Of a DNA stretch of 64,000 nucleotides, positions 10,554 to 20,833 are shown one piece after another. The position numbers and the translations under genes are program-made. Every line of letters starts with the position of its first letter. Position 1 is the first letter of the stretch. The stretch comes from a virus. Below the pieces are notes generated by a model. That model was not told the origin of the DNA. It ran no database searches and saw only the letters and a list, made by a program, of their open reading frames with translations. The stretch lies in IMG/VR virus record IMGVR_UViG_3300015371_000027, positions 3,072 to 67,071 of that record. One strand, 5' to 3'.

Positions 10554-11663
10554 TTAAAGTCCCGTAATAACGTAAATCGCTTCCGGTTCAAGAACTACAG
10601 GAAGTCCTGCCTGCCATGCCTGTCCCTGAAGGCGATACGGCTTTTCATCCGTAATTGCCTTTACGTGGCTAATACGACCAGGAGTACTCTCACCCTGAGC
10701 AGTACCAATGCCGTAATAACCAAGTGTATTCTGAATAGGAAGGATTTGGTTATCTCCCAGGTCCAGATCAATCGTCCTATCAGTTTCAGCAATAATAACG
10801 AAAACGGTTCGCTTTAGGAACCATCCCGTTGTCGATTGAGTACGATACTGAAGGTCGTACGTTTCGATTCCGGGCATTTCGTTATCGAGCATGATCTGAT
10901 TAAGAGCGCCCGGAGTAACTCGACCAGGGAAACCTACTACCGATCCAGAAGCAATCTGAATCGAACCAACACGGTTCCTGATCTTATCATTACCAAGCAT
11001 CTTATTACGAACCGTTAGACTGGTAATAAATCGCTTGGCTCGATATCCTTTTCCCTGAAGGAAATTAAGACCAGCAATAATATCATCCAGCGGATCATAA
11101 CTATCGTTTGCCCAATCACCACCTGTAGCGACCCTATGACCAGTAGGATTAACATAGGTGAAGGTATCCGTATAGTTATTATCGCCAACGATAGGAACAG
11201 AAGCATCTACAATCGCTTCCCATCGCTGCTTTTCCTGCTTATCCAGAAGTGGTCGGAGAAGTGTAAGATCAGACCATCGGAGAACCCTTTGCATTGCTTC
11301 AAAGGTTCCCATTCCTGCCTGTCCTGCGCGGGCAAGCATTCTATTCAGGGTATCATAATCCTTAGCCGTAAGCTGAGAACCGATATCCTGATGCCCAAGC
11401 CTTACACTAATCGAACCGAACATAACCGATTGCTTGATCTGAACAGGACTATATCTAGTCCCATCATTAGCAACCACAGTTCGATACCTTACCTGATCGT
11501 CGGTATACTCATTCTCTTCCACCGTTTGCTCTGGAAGAATAGTAGGTCCGAGATACGTTCGTTCAGGCGGGCCGAACTGTGCCAAAGGATTATTGAGAAC
11601 TTTATTAAAAACATCTCTCTCAATAAGTGTATTTACCAGCCCTGGAATAGAATATTCGTTCAT
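10554..11663 (-). CDS. Major capsid protein (lambda E-like family)
   Basis: 369 aa; W..D..DPLDDI segment and C-terminal GLPVVLEPEAI as in phage_cap_E proteins; follows scaffold and decoration genes. Confidence 0.85.
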   Translation of the reverse strand: MNEYSIPGLVNTLIERDVFNKVLNNPLAQFGPPERTYLGPTILPEQTVEENEYTDDQVRYRTVVANDGTRYSPVQIKQSVMFGSISVRLGHQDIGSQLTAKDYDTLNRMLARAGQAGMGTFEAMQRVLRWSDLTLLRPLLDKQEKQRWEAIVDASVPIVGDNNYTDTFTYVNPTGHRVATGGDWANDSYDPLDDIIAGLNFLQGKGYRAKRFITSLTVRNKMLGNDKIRNRVGSIQIASGSVVGFPGRVTPGALNQIMLDNEMPGIETYDLQYRTQSTTGWFLKRTVFVIIAETDRTIDLDLGDNQILPIQNTLGYYGIGTAQGESTPGRISHVKAITDEKPYRLQGQAWQAGLPVVLEPEAIYVITGL

Positions 11664-11665
11664 TA

Positions 11666-12301
11666 TTAATCAGCTCCGGTAATAGTATTCCAACGAGCCC
11701 TTACAACTGCTTTAAGGCCAGAAGAAAGTCCCGACCACCCAGGGAGAAAATTCTCCGCAACAGTTACTCCAGCATTAGGACGAAGAAGTTCGATATCAGG
11801 ATATCGAACCAAATCTTCCTTATCAAATAGAAGCAAGCCAAACTCATCATCTGAAGTTGCCGCAGGACCAAAACCTGTTCCTGCATCCCTTTCAGTATAA
11901 GTTCGACCCAACAGCGTACCAGAAGGAAGAAATTTCCTTCCATATCTGGAGAGAATAGCAGTATCTCCAGAAGCAAGAGCTACCACCAATGCTTCTACTG
12001 TAAGAGCAGTAGCACCCTTAGCAGCCGCAGCAGTAACATAAGCAATCTTACCTGATCCTGCTGCACCAAAATAAAGAAATGTTCCAGCAGGAATAGCATC
12101 AGGCAAAGCAGTTACAGCAACAGAAGTAGCACCAATTGCTGCGATAGCGCTAGTAGTAACTAGAATACCCCCTTGATCCGTAAACTGGCTAGGATCAATA
12201 ATAGCAGGGTAGTGAGAGATCATATCTAGCTCAAGGAAATCCTTAAGCCATACCGGCGCTGTTTTAACATTATCCCATCGAAGAACAGCACTTCTAGCCA
12301 T
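11666..12301 (-). CDS. Head decoration protein
   Basis: GRKFLPSGTLLGR...FGPAA..D..GLL resembles gpD-like decoration proteins; between scaffold and MCP. Confidence 0.65.
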   Translation of the reverse strand: MARSAVLRWDNVKTAPVWLKDFLELDMISHYPAIIDPSQFTDQGGILVTTSAIAAIGATSVAVTALPDAIPAGTFLYFGAAGSGKIAYVTAAAAKGATALTVEALVVALASGDTAILSRYGRKFLPSGTLLGRTYTERDAGTGFGPAATSDDEFGLLLFDKEDLVRYPDIELLRPNAGVTVAENFLPGWSGLSSGLKAVVRARWNTITGAD

Positions 12302-12888
12302 TACTTCTTTCCTCCAATTAGACCAAGATTTTCCTTAATCGCACCATACCTACTATTCATGTACTCGTCTGCAACATTCCTCTCTTTACCGCTACCACCT
12401 CTAGAAGAACCATGCTCCGTAGTAATAGTAGATTTACTCATTAGCTCTTTAGCCATTTCAGAATGGCTATCGAACCAATTCATTCTAGCATCTGCATCTT
12501 CTGCACCAGGATCAGACTTTTTAACACTTACAGGCCAGTCCTTCACCTGAGCGTCAATGGTATCATTAATCTTTTTAGCGTACCGTACCGCCGCCTCATC
12601 TCTGGAAGTAAGTTCATCTAGCTTTTTCTTAGACTCTTCATAGAGCGACTTATAATCATTCTTTTCTTGAGCCTCTTTCTCCTTATTACTCTTTTCCTGC
12701 TCCTCAGAAACATTCTTAAGAGCAAGCTTAACGGCTTCACTTACAGCGGATTGAAAATCATCTTTGGTGAGATACTTCGGCGATTCTTTCTCTTTAGTTT
12801 CCTTCTGTTCCCCTTCGGGCTTCTTTTCCTCAGGCTTCTTATCTTCCTGCTGTTCATTTTTAATATCTTCGTCTGGCATTATTCCCAC
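12301..12888 (-). CDS. Capsid scaffolding protein
   Basis: Highly charged K/E coiled coil upstream of decoration and MCP; start probably at MPDED. Confidence 0.7.
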   Translation of the reverse strand: MGIMPDEDIKNEQQEDKKPEEKKPEGEQKETKEKESPKYLTKDDFQSAVSEAVKLALKNVSEEQEKSNKEKEAQEKNDYKSLYEESKKKLDELTSRDEAAVRYAKKINDTIDAQVKDWPVSVKKSDPGAEDADARMNWFDSHSEMAKELMSKSTITTEHGSSRGGSGKERNVADEYMNSRYGAIKENLGLIGGKK

Positions 12889-13715
12889 CCTAAAATCTCT
12901 GGAAGTAAGTATGATCCAGTAGCATCTGTTGTAAATGTAACGCGAACTGCATCTTCATTATCTCCGCGCCACGCTTGATATGTAGAACTTCTTAACAGAG
13001 TAACCATTAAGAGTCCTAATGAGTCACTACTCTTGATAAATTGCCTAGAATAGTGTGATTGACCAGCCTCTCCCGGCCCAGCAATTAGTTTGAACGTAAT
13101 ATCTACATTACCCTCTAGCGCTCCTGTTCTATCGTAAGTGTAAAGTGTCGCATTGGTGGTTAATGGATTACTACTCGAAGGAACTACTGTAGCCGACATA
13201 ACTCTGGTAATATCTTCATCTCCAGAGATTGTCTCTTCAGTAGGAGTATATTCATACCCTGATTTTTCCATAACCAGAGTATAAGTTCCATTTTCTAACC
13301 CAAATGAGGCTACTCCATTTATATCAGTAATATTAGAGTAAGAATATATACCAATTACTAACCTTACTGATACTCCACTCAAGTTATTTCCATCACCATC
13401 TTGAACAGTAAGATTAACTAGATTAGGACCCGCACCCGCAGAAGCAGAGGCTCCTTCAGGATCAAAAGCTACAACAGGAAGATTAGGAATAGGCAGTCCA
13501 TCATTCGTATCAAAAAACTGAACTGCACCTCTAAAATCATCTAAATAATCGTAAACAAATACGAAATCTCCATTACTACCTATTGCTGCAAATCCTGAAG
13601 AAACAAGTCCACCTACTAATGCTCCAGTAGTATCATATAATTGTGCTCTTAATCTAGATAGAGCCCCTATATATGTAGCACCTAACGAGAGCGAAACAGT
13701 TCTTGTTTGTGACAT
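12879..13715 (-). CDS. Virion protein with carboxypeptidase-regulatory/Ig-like domain
   Basis: TVQDGDGNNLSGVSV...TDINGVASFGLENGTYTLVMEKSGY signature. Confidence 0.65.
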   Translation of the reverse strand: MSQTRTVSLSLGATYIGALSRLRAQLYDTTGALVGGLVSSGFAAIGSNGDFVFVYDYLDDFRGAVQFFDTNDGLPIPNLPVVAFDPEGASASAGAGPNLVNLTVQDGDGNNLSGVSVRLVIGIYSYSNITDINGVASFGLENGTYTLVMEKSGYEYTPTEETISGDEDITRVMSATVVPSSSNPLTTNATLYTYDRTGALEGNVDITFKLIAGPGEAGQSHYSRQFIKSSDSLGLLMVTLLRSSTYQAWRGDNEDAVRVTFTTDATGSYLLPEILGWE

Positions 13716-13721
13716 GCATAA

Positions 13722-14447
13722 TTACTCTTCCGTTGTAGTTGTGTCATGTTCTATAGATCTACCGACAGGACTAACTGAACTACCACTCATTACCATTGGT
13801 TTTCTACTAAATTTAGTAGCACTATCATACACTGCTCTAGTAGGCCAATTACGAGCAAATGTATGGTCAGCATGAGTAGCGCCGTTAATTGTACACCTCT
13901 GGAAAGAAATTGGATTAGTAGAGAGAAGATTTAGCGCAAAATCATTCTCCACAATCGTATCTATTACCTCACAGGGACCACATTTATCTGCCGCACTTTC
14001 AGCATTAAATTGAAGGCATGCCAGAGCAGTATGAGATAAGTGACACCTCTTAAGTCTGATTTTCTTTGTGATACCTCGATTAATATTACCAAAGTAGACA
14101 GCATGTTGAACTGCCACATTTTTAACAGTAACATTATTCAACAAGACGCCCTGAGCATTTACGCCCAGAATTCCCTGCTGTCTACACCCTATAACACTCA
14201 CTCCATCTACTACAATATCTTCCCAATCCCCATTTGTATTCCCAATCCATATACCGATGAACGATCTAATAGTATTACTAGAACTGCCCTCCACCCTTAT
14301 TTTATTAGACCGCTCGATATGAATAGCGTGATTCTGCCCAGGAACATCCAACGAAGCGCCAGTAGCAAAACGAATAATTACATCTCTTTGCCCCTTGACC
14401 ATAATTGGTCTAGTTTGATGCCCGATAACAGCTATAATTTTAGACAT
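13722..14447 (-). CDS. Right-handed beta-helix protein (pectin lyase-like)
   Basis: Repeating coils HAIHIERSNKIRVEG / GILGVNAQGVLLNNVTV / HAVYFGN. Confidence 0.55.
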   Translation of the reverse strand: MSKIIAVIGHQTRPIMVKGQRDVIIRFATGASLDVPGQNHAIHIERSNKIRVEGSSSNTIRSFIGIWIGNTNGDWEDIVVDGVSVIGCRQQGILGVNAQGVLLNNVTVKNVAVQHAVYFGNINRGITKKIRLKRCHLSHTALACLQFNAESAADKCGPCEVIDTIVENDFALNLLSTNPISFQRCTINGATHADHTFARNWPTRAVYDSATKFSRKPMVMSGSSVSPVGRSIEHDTTTTEE

Positions 14448-14460
14448 ACCATCTATACCT

Positions 14461-14823
14461 CTATAGTTGACCCATAGCCCTCAAAATAACCTGTCCTCCA
14501 TCACGTATAGGTTGGCCTGCAATTCCAAATTGTTTAGTAAAAGGAGTCTCAGGAATTATCGAGTCTAGAATAACAGAATCTATAAGTGTAGTTACGAGTC
14601 TCTGTAGCATTGGGTCTTCATTACTAATATCATCTTTTAGATTTGCTCTTAAAACCTGTGCCTCTTCTATCCATTTACCTTCTTCATCTACAGGCCGTAA
14701 CAGAATATTAATCTCTGAAGGAGTAGTGCTGTCACCTCTTTCTATAGTCCATTGCCATATCAACAAAGGAACTTCTTCTTCTACTTCTACTGTCCTCTTA
14801 ATTCTAGCTATAAAATCTGCCAT
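14461..14823 (-). CDS. Hypothetical protein (possible fibre chaperone)
   Basis: 120 aa after fibre gene, AGGAG RBS. Confidence 0.55.
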   Translation of the reverse strand: MADFIARIKRTVEVEEEVPLLIWQWTIERGDSTTPSEINILLRPVDEEGKWIEEAQVLRANLKDDISNEDPMLQRLVTTLIDSVILDSIIPETPFTKQFGIAGQPIRDGGQVILRAMGQL

Positions 14824-14835
14824 GTCATCTCCTAG

Positions 14836-17334
14836 TTACGCAGGTGCGATAGTAGTTACTGTACCACCACTGCCCCTGTATTTAAGAGCACCCGCTTCCA
14901 CATACAAATAACCACCATTAGTAGGATTAGCACCAGGAACAGCAGGACTATTACCCATAAATACTACTACATTCTTGTCGATGGAGTAATTAGGAACTGT
15001 TCCACCAGAAGCATTATATAGAGCAAGACCGCGCCAGTAAGTTAATAAAGCACCAGATGGTTGAATTCTAAGGGCATCCTGAGTTACATCATCAGAAGCC
15101 GATCCTAACATAGAAAGTCTGGTTTGCCCACCATCAGCAATACTAACTACCGTAGTTCCATTATCAAGTGCTCTAAATATATCAGCAGCAATAGCAGCAT
15201 TATCAGCAGCTAGAGCAGCACTACCACTACCACCCACAGTGGGAAGCGTCCCTTCTAGCACACCACTATCATAAAAGGTAAAATACCCACCATAAGAAAT
15301 AGTAGCACCACTTCTTGTATGTCCTAATACACCAATAACATGTGCTCCAGTTGCATTATTACTTCCAGCACCAAATATAGCACCATATAATTTAGAAGTT
15401 GAACTAGGGTTATTAATAGCGCCAGTTAAACCATAAACCGCTACTTGAGTCTTACTTCCAACATTTAATAAATTTGTACCCATTACTCCAGCACAAAGAG
15501 TTGTGGCATTAGGAGCAGCACTTATTTTTCCATTTATAGCGTAGCAGTATCCATTATTATTATTACTAGCATCAAGAGTTGCTCTAATTAAACAAGCCGC
15601 ACCAGCATTAGAACCACTAGTCATACTACCAGTTAGATTCAAATAAGGAGCCACACCATTCCAAGTACTCGCTGCTACTACCTGTATAGCACCCGCGGAA
15701 TCTGTATATACAGTAGGAGTTGTCGCAGCAGAAGTGGGATAGACTGCAAGTCCTCTATAGTTAGCTGCTAACGTAGTACTAGGCTGAATCCTAACAGTAT
15801 CTTGCGTACTATCATTTACTGATGAACCTAAAGCAGTAAATTTAGTCTGAGCATCAATACCTAATCGAGTAGCTGCTAATCTACTTATATTAATATCTGG
15901 AGTAGCAAAACCTGAACTTCCAAATTGAATTTTACCACCAGAAGCTACTATAACATTATTACCAACACTAATATCGCCAGCATTAGATACACTAAATTTC
16001 CTCACACCAGCAACTTGCAAATCAACAAAATTACCAGCAAATCCAGTAACAGCATTAACTGCTATATGAGTTCCACCACTCGCTGTAGCATCTCCAACAA
16101 AAAATCCAGTAGTCGAGCCGTCAAATGGACCTGCTCCTAGAGACAACAAACCATAGTTAGCATTTACCGTTGGAGCAATAGGAACAGTTAAACTAGAAAT
16201 CGCATTTCCACCAATTCCTAGTTTAGAGTTAATTCTAAGTGCTCCCGCAGCCGATCTCTGAAAAGAAGTATCTAACGCAGACGATCCTCCCACTCCCCAC
16301 TCTAATTTTCCATCTTTATTTAGTGTAAAAGTAGGACTAGTATCAGTAGAATTTAGATATTGAGTAAGACCTCTATAATTAGCAGATAATGCACTACTAG
16401 GCTGGATTCTAATAGCATCCTGAGTATTATCATTTACCGAAGACCCAAGATGTTGAGCCATTATTTGTTTATTAGCACCTACTCTACCAGTATAATCTAT
16501 ATAAAATAGAGTAGGAGAAAGTACCCAGTCAGTAACAGTAAGAATAGGACCGACGCTATCTTTTACTTTACAAACAGAAACACCAGCATTAATACCACCA
16601 TAAGACGTTCCCGCAACTATAAGCGGTAAACTAAAATCGCCCCCAACATTAAGAAGCTGACCCGGAGTAGTTACCTCTGTAGTATGGAATGATAGCGTAT
16701 TTCCATATGTATAGATAAACATTCCGCTATTTGCTGCTGCAACAGCATCACTTGTTAAATAATAACCACCACCTGTTTTTGGAATTATATTATTGAAGAT
16801 AACAAATTCTGATAAGTTATCTTCATTTCCAAACATTAGACTAGCATAACCATTAGAAATCCCCGCAGCAAATTCAGAAGTAGTCAGATCAATATCAGAA
16901 GTATCTATTTTTCCTAGCTGCAACATTCCATTGGCACTAAATTTATATTTAGTTTCTCCGAATTTCTGAATATGAAAGATATCACCAGCAAAGCTGTTAG
17001 CGGTGTTTATAGCAAAATATGTTCCAGCGGAGTTTCCTGCATAAAAGCCTGGAGTAGCGCCATCGAAAGGAGAAGGACCAATAGAGAGAGTTCCAAAGTT
17101 AGGAGAAGCAGTAGCAGTGACAGGCAGAGTTAGTTTAGGAGTTATTAACTCCCCTGTCATAGTATCTCCAACTTTATGAACCAGAGTACTAGTATCAATA
17201 CTACCGCCAGAACTCCCTATAAACTTACCAGAACCAGCATCGAATGTGGGAACTTCACCATCTGAAAAACTATTTTTATCCCAATCATCTGCGTCCATTA
17301 CGCGCGTGATTGCTCTCTGAAGAGTCGCGCTCAT
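14836..17334 (-). CDS. Fibre/spike-like virion protein
   Basis: 832 aa G/S/T/A/N-rich; VHKVGDTMTGEL fibre motif; internal repeats (LGSSVNDNTQDAIRIQPS x3; GPFDGxTxGF module x2). Confidence 0.7.
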   Translation of the reverse strand: MSATLQRAITRVMDADDWDKNSFSDGEVPTFDAGSGKFIGSSGGSIDTSTLVHKVGDTMTGELITPKLTLPVTATASPNFGTLSIGPSPFDGATPGFYAGNSAGTYFAINTANSFAGDIFHIQKFGETKYKFSANGMLQLGKIDTSDIDLTTSEFAAGISNGYASLMFGNEDNLSEFVIFNNIIPKTGGGYYLTSDAVAAANSGMFIYTYGNTLSFHTTEVTTPGQLLNVGGDFSLPLIVAGTSYGGINAGVSVCKVKDSVGPILTVTDWVLSPTLFYIDYTGRVGANKQIMAQHLGSSVNDNTQDAIRIQPSSALSANYRGLTQYLNSTDTSPTFTLNKDGKLEWGVGGSSALDTSFQRSAAGALRINSKLGIGGNAISSLTVPIAPTVNANYGLLSLGAGPFDGSTTGFFVGDATASGGTHIAVNAVTGFAGNFVDLQVAGVRKFSVSNAGDISVGNNVIVASGGKIQFGSSGFATPDINISRLAATRLGIDAQTKFTALGSSVNDSTQDTVRIQPSTTLAANYRGLAVYPTSAATTPTVYTDSAGAIQVVAASTWNGVAPYLNLTGSMTSGSNAGAACLIRATLDASNNNNGYCYAINGKISAAPNATTLCAGVMGTNLLNVGSKTQVAVYGLTGAINNPSSTSKLYGAIFGAGSNNATGAHVIGVLGHTRSGATISYGGYFTFYDSGVLEGTLPTVGGSGSAALAADNAAIAADIFRALDNGTTVVSIADGGQTRLSMLGSASDDVTQDALRIQPSGALLTYWRGLALYNASGGTVPNYSIDKNVVVFMGNSPAVPGANPTNGGYLYVEAGALKYRGSGGTVTTIAPA

Positions 17335-17806
17335 TTACCTTCTCCAATTCTATGCTTTTATCTATCTCAGTTTGATAGTATTTCTGGATGGAAAGGCATT
17401 CAGCTAAAGCGCGACCAAATCCTTCTTCATCTAACGTTGAGATAATTACCGGCTGTTTGCCAGGAATATGTTGAAGAGGAATTTCCTGAACTATATTTCC
17501 TTTTCCATCCAGAACTCCTAAAAATCCATCTATCACCATCCTCACTTTTACAATGCGCGGTTTATCTCTGGAAGAGAAGTTAGTATCTTTTAGTTTAACT
17601 TTCCCCTTTACAGGAGGAGATACTACCTTCTCATCCTCACAAGTTTTTGTTAATAGCTCCTGGATCGGGTCCTGTTCCTTGCTCATTTTGTTGTCCGAAT
17701 CTATTTCTATTATCAAACTGTGATTGGTTTCGTGCGATTTGGGCGGATTGGAATTCAGTAGTTTCTTTGATCTTTTCGGCGATGATTTTTTCGACACTGC
17801 TTTCAC
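17285..17806 (-). CDS. Hypothetical protein
   Basis: ORF after portal; true start probably internal (MSKEQDP). Confidence 0.5.
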   Translation of the reverse strand: MKAVSKKSSPKRSKKLLNSNPPKSHETNHSLIIEIDSDNKMSKEQDPIQELLTKTCEDEKVVSPPVKGKVKLKDTNFSSRDKPRIVKVRMVIDGFLGVLDGKGNIVQEIPLQHIPGKQPVIISTLDEEGFGRALAECLSIQKYYQTEIDKSIELEKVNERDSSESNHARNGRR

Positions 17807-19157
17807 TATATCCCATCTTTCTCAGACCTTCTCTGCGAGAAATAAAACCACCTAGCTGTTGAATAGTCTGAGCCATATCGCCGAATTCTACTCGTTCGGT
17901 AGGCCCAAACTCCGATACAATCGGGGCCTTTACCACATCTTCTTCCAGAGTTTGATCTTTAGAAAAAGCATTACTAATTTCCGTAGCTCGATGAGCTACT
18001 TCCGACCATTTTACTCTTCCTTTTCTTACGTTCCTATTAGCCTTCTGAACAGCAGGACGTTCTGCAATTCTCAATGCATCGGCACTAGGCCAGTCTCCTC
18101 CAGAAATAACGTGAAATGGAGTTCTGGTCATTTGTGCTACACGTCTTTGTTTCGTACCGTAAGCAGAAAGCAAAGGATTGAGATCACCAGCAGGAATTCT
18201 CCCAAACTTTGCATCAGGATTACTGGACCAAAGTAAACGCCCCGGACCCACTTCTGGAGGTAAGTCATCCCCTTTAGCATCTTTCTTTGGTTCAATTCCT
18301 GCTGCGGTATACATTTGATAAGCTGTCATTCTAGCAGCGGCTGTAATAGCATATTGTAGATCATTAATTTGATCCTGAAATCCTAGAACTCCGCCAGCTA
18401 GATCACTTCTACCATACGCTCCTCTTACTGTTTTTCCAGAATTAATAAAGTGAACATATGGAATTGCCATATCAGAGCCATCTGCCTTTTTCCACGGCAG
18501 CGGCCATTGACCGTTATCTTCTGGAAGAGAATATGGTATCCATTCAGACCCGCCACCCGGAGAAATATATCTCTCTAGACGACCCTTAAACCATATATTC
18601 CTTCTTTTCAAATTATCATTGGGATTACCATCTTCATCATAGCCTGGATACCACTCCTTCACACCATATTTAGGCTGTCGAAGGTCATCGTAAGCTATAA
18701 ATACTCCTTCTCTTTCATCCCACCACGGTTCGGAATGTAGAGTTACTCTTTGTGCTTCCTGGTCCCATCCTAGAGCTACTACATGATTACCATCCTGAAT
18801 CATATTGAAGTGGATTTCTCCTGCAAAATCTTCAACAGAGGAGGTAATAAATAGAGCATCTAGAAACTCTTGAACTTTCTTATCTTCACAAGTCCATCTA
18901 ATCATATTTAATCGGTCAGCAGCTTCAGCAATAATTTGCAAACATACATTATCTGCAAACTCGTGACCGATTACTTCTCGTAGAATCTCTCTCTGCCCTA
19001 TTGTTAGAGTTTGCTGCTGCTTTCCTTCTACGTAATTTCTATATAATCTTAAAGGATCGCAACCACTAACATACTTATTTCTATCATTATTAATGATACT
19101 ATGAATTGAAGCAGAGGGAGCAGAACTATAAAACTGCTCAGAAAGGATAACGGGCAT
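17637..19157 (-). CDS. Portal protein (SPP1 gp6-like)
   Basis: 506 aa after terminase; YVEGKQ...N.C..I...ADRL and IPYVHFIN...YGRSDL....QDQIN motifs. Confidence 0.88.
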   Translation of the reverse strand: MPVILSEQFYSSAPSASIHSIINNDRNKYVSGCDPLRLYRNYVEGKQQQTLTIGQREILREVIGHEFADNVCLQIIAEAADRLNMIRWTCEDKKVQEFLDALFITSSVEDFAGEIHFNMIQDGNHVVALGWDQEAQRVTLHSEPWWDEREGVFIAYDDLRQPKYGVKEWYPGYDEDGNPNDNLKRRNIWFKGRLERYISPGGGSEWIPYSLPEDNGQWPLPWKKADGSDMAIPYVHFINSGKTVRGAYGRSDLAGGVLGFQDQINDLQYAITAAARMTAYQMYTAAGIEPKKDAKGDDLPPEVGPGRLLWSSNPDAKFGRIPAGDLNPLLSAYGTKQRRVAQMTRTPFHVISGGDWPSADALRIAERPAVQKANRNVRKGRVKWSEVAHRATEISNAFSKDQTLEEDVVKAPIVSEFGPTERVEFGDMAQTIQQLGGFISRREGLRKMGYSESSVEKIIAEKIKETTEFQSAQIARNQSQFDNRNRFGQQNEQGTGPDPGAINKNL

Positions 19158-20828
19158 CTTTTATCCCACCCAGATAATCGAATGAATGGACTTCAGAACT
19201 AAAAGCCCCATCCACAGGTGCAAAAGTCATCATGAGCGACATAAAGCGGTCTGGCGATCTACCAATCTTTTCTTTAATATCATCAGTAGATTCCATAGTA
19301 ATCTTACCAGTGACAGGATGTTTACCGTAGTTAGGAGCGATGAGTTCTTCATGCAAATCTTTATCATCAGGAATTGCAGCGTGCTCATCTGTCCTTAACC
19401 ATTCTCTCATCATCCACATCATCTGATCGCGTAGTTTATTAAACCGCCCTAAATCTTTCATCTCTTGAGTCAGATATTTTTCATTAACAGCAGACTGAAC
19501 CATAACGCGATTAGCTTTACAACCTCGACCCATCATGGTTACAACAGTTCCCGATCCTAAACCAGAACAATCCACATTAGCGTATCGAGCGTGAGCGGGA
19601 ATGTAAATATCTGCTGCTGTATTCCCATTCCTGATAGCATCCATACCATTCCAAACAACTTGCGGAGCCACAAAATAATTATACCGAAGCGTCGCAACCG
19701 TAAGGTCGCCCTGTTCACTTTCCGCCAGGTCAACACCCATAATTGGTCTAATACCTGGAACATGGAATAATCCAGTTCTTCTAGTATAGTTCCTATAATT
19801 TCTTACTGCCTTATCAATCCATTCCTGTGAGATTAACTGCTCCTCACTTCTGGAAGGATATTTAGCCAGTACCATATAAGAAAACGATGGATTTACCACT
19901 CTCCTATACCCAGAAGGAAGGGGAGGATAAAAATCATCTTTCTTATATGTTTTAGCCTGAAATCCCTCTAAGTACTCTGGAACCTTAAAACTGTCGGAAT
20001 TTAACTGATCTCCTAATGGAATAGGAACAGTCCATTCATTAATCCTACGAACGGTTGTATCACGGGTAACAGCACCAGGGATAATGTTGTCCCCACTAAC
20101 CACGTTAGGGTGAGATAAAGCATTAATCTCGACAACGTTCGCAACTTCATCCCTTTCCATAAAATACACAGGACCGCTGGCACGTCTTGGATTAAATAAA
20201 ACTAATAATCTTGCCAGACTACCACCCGAGAGACATGATTCTATTCCTCTATAAACTTCATCAGGAACAGCATCACCCTCATCAATAATAAAGAAAATGT
20301 GTTCTCTATGCTTTCCAGAGAATTTAGCCTCTCGCTGTTGAGGTGTTCCTGCCAGCGGAATAGTTAATCCCTGGATAAAATCAAGCTTAGAACGTCTAAT
20401 ATACATGCTAGCAAACGAGATATCGCAGCCAACAAATAATTCGGGATGTTTTTCTACTATACTACTAATTTCACCCCATAAGATATTTCTCAGATTATTT
20501 TCGGGAGGAGCCGCCGCTAGGTAGACCTGAACTCTCTGGAAGCAAGTAAAGGCCCATATTGCTATCCTAGCAGCGGCATGACTTTTCCCACCGCATTCCC
20601 TGTTTTTGCTACAGTTACAGGATTATCTCTCACACTCAGCATTAAACGCTGAATCTCTGGAGTATAGATATCCCCTAGAACTTGCATCCCGAATTTTACT
20701 GGACTTCGCGTGTATTTTGCATATTTAGATGGTTTCTTTGCGTTATCTGACTGTCCGCGAAGGCTAGAAATAACATGATCTTGAATAGCTTTATTAAGAG
20801 TACCATCCAGAAATTGCGTCTTAAGCAT
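19138..20828 (-). CDS. terL: Terminase large subunit, split by a -1 frameshift in the Walker A motif
   Basis: ORF 20562..20828 gives VTVAKTGNAVGK; the -1 frame continues SHAAARIAIWAFTC...LWGEI into ORF 19138..20406 with Walker B FFIIDEG, coupling motif FNP, nuclease GVDLA and SPDRFMSL. Confidence 0.88.
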
Positions 20829-20833
20829 TTTAT

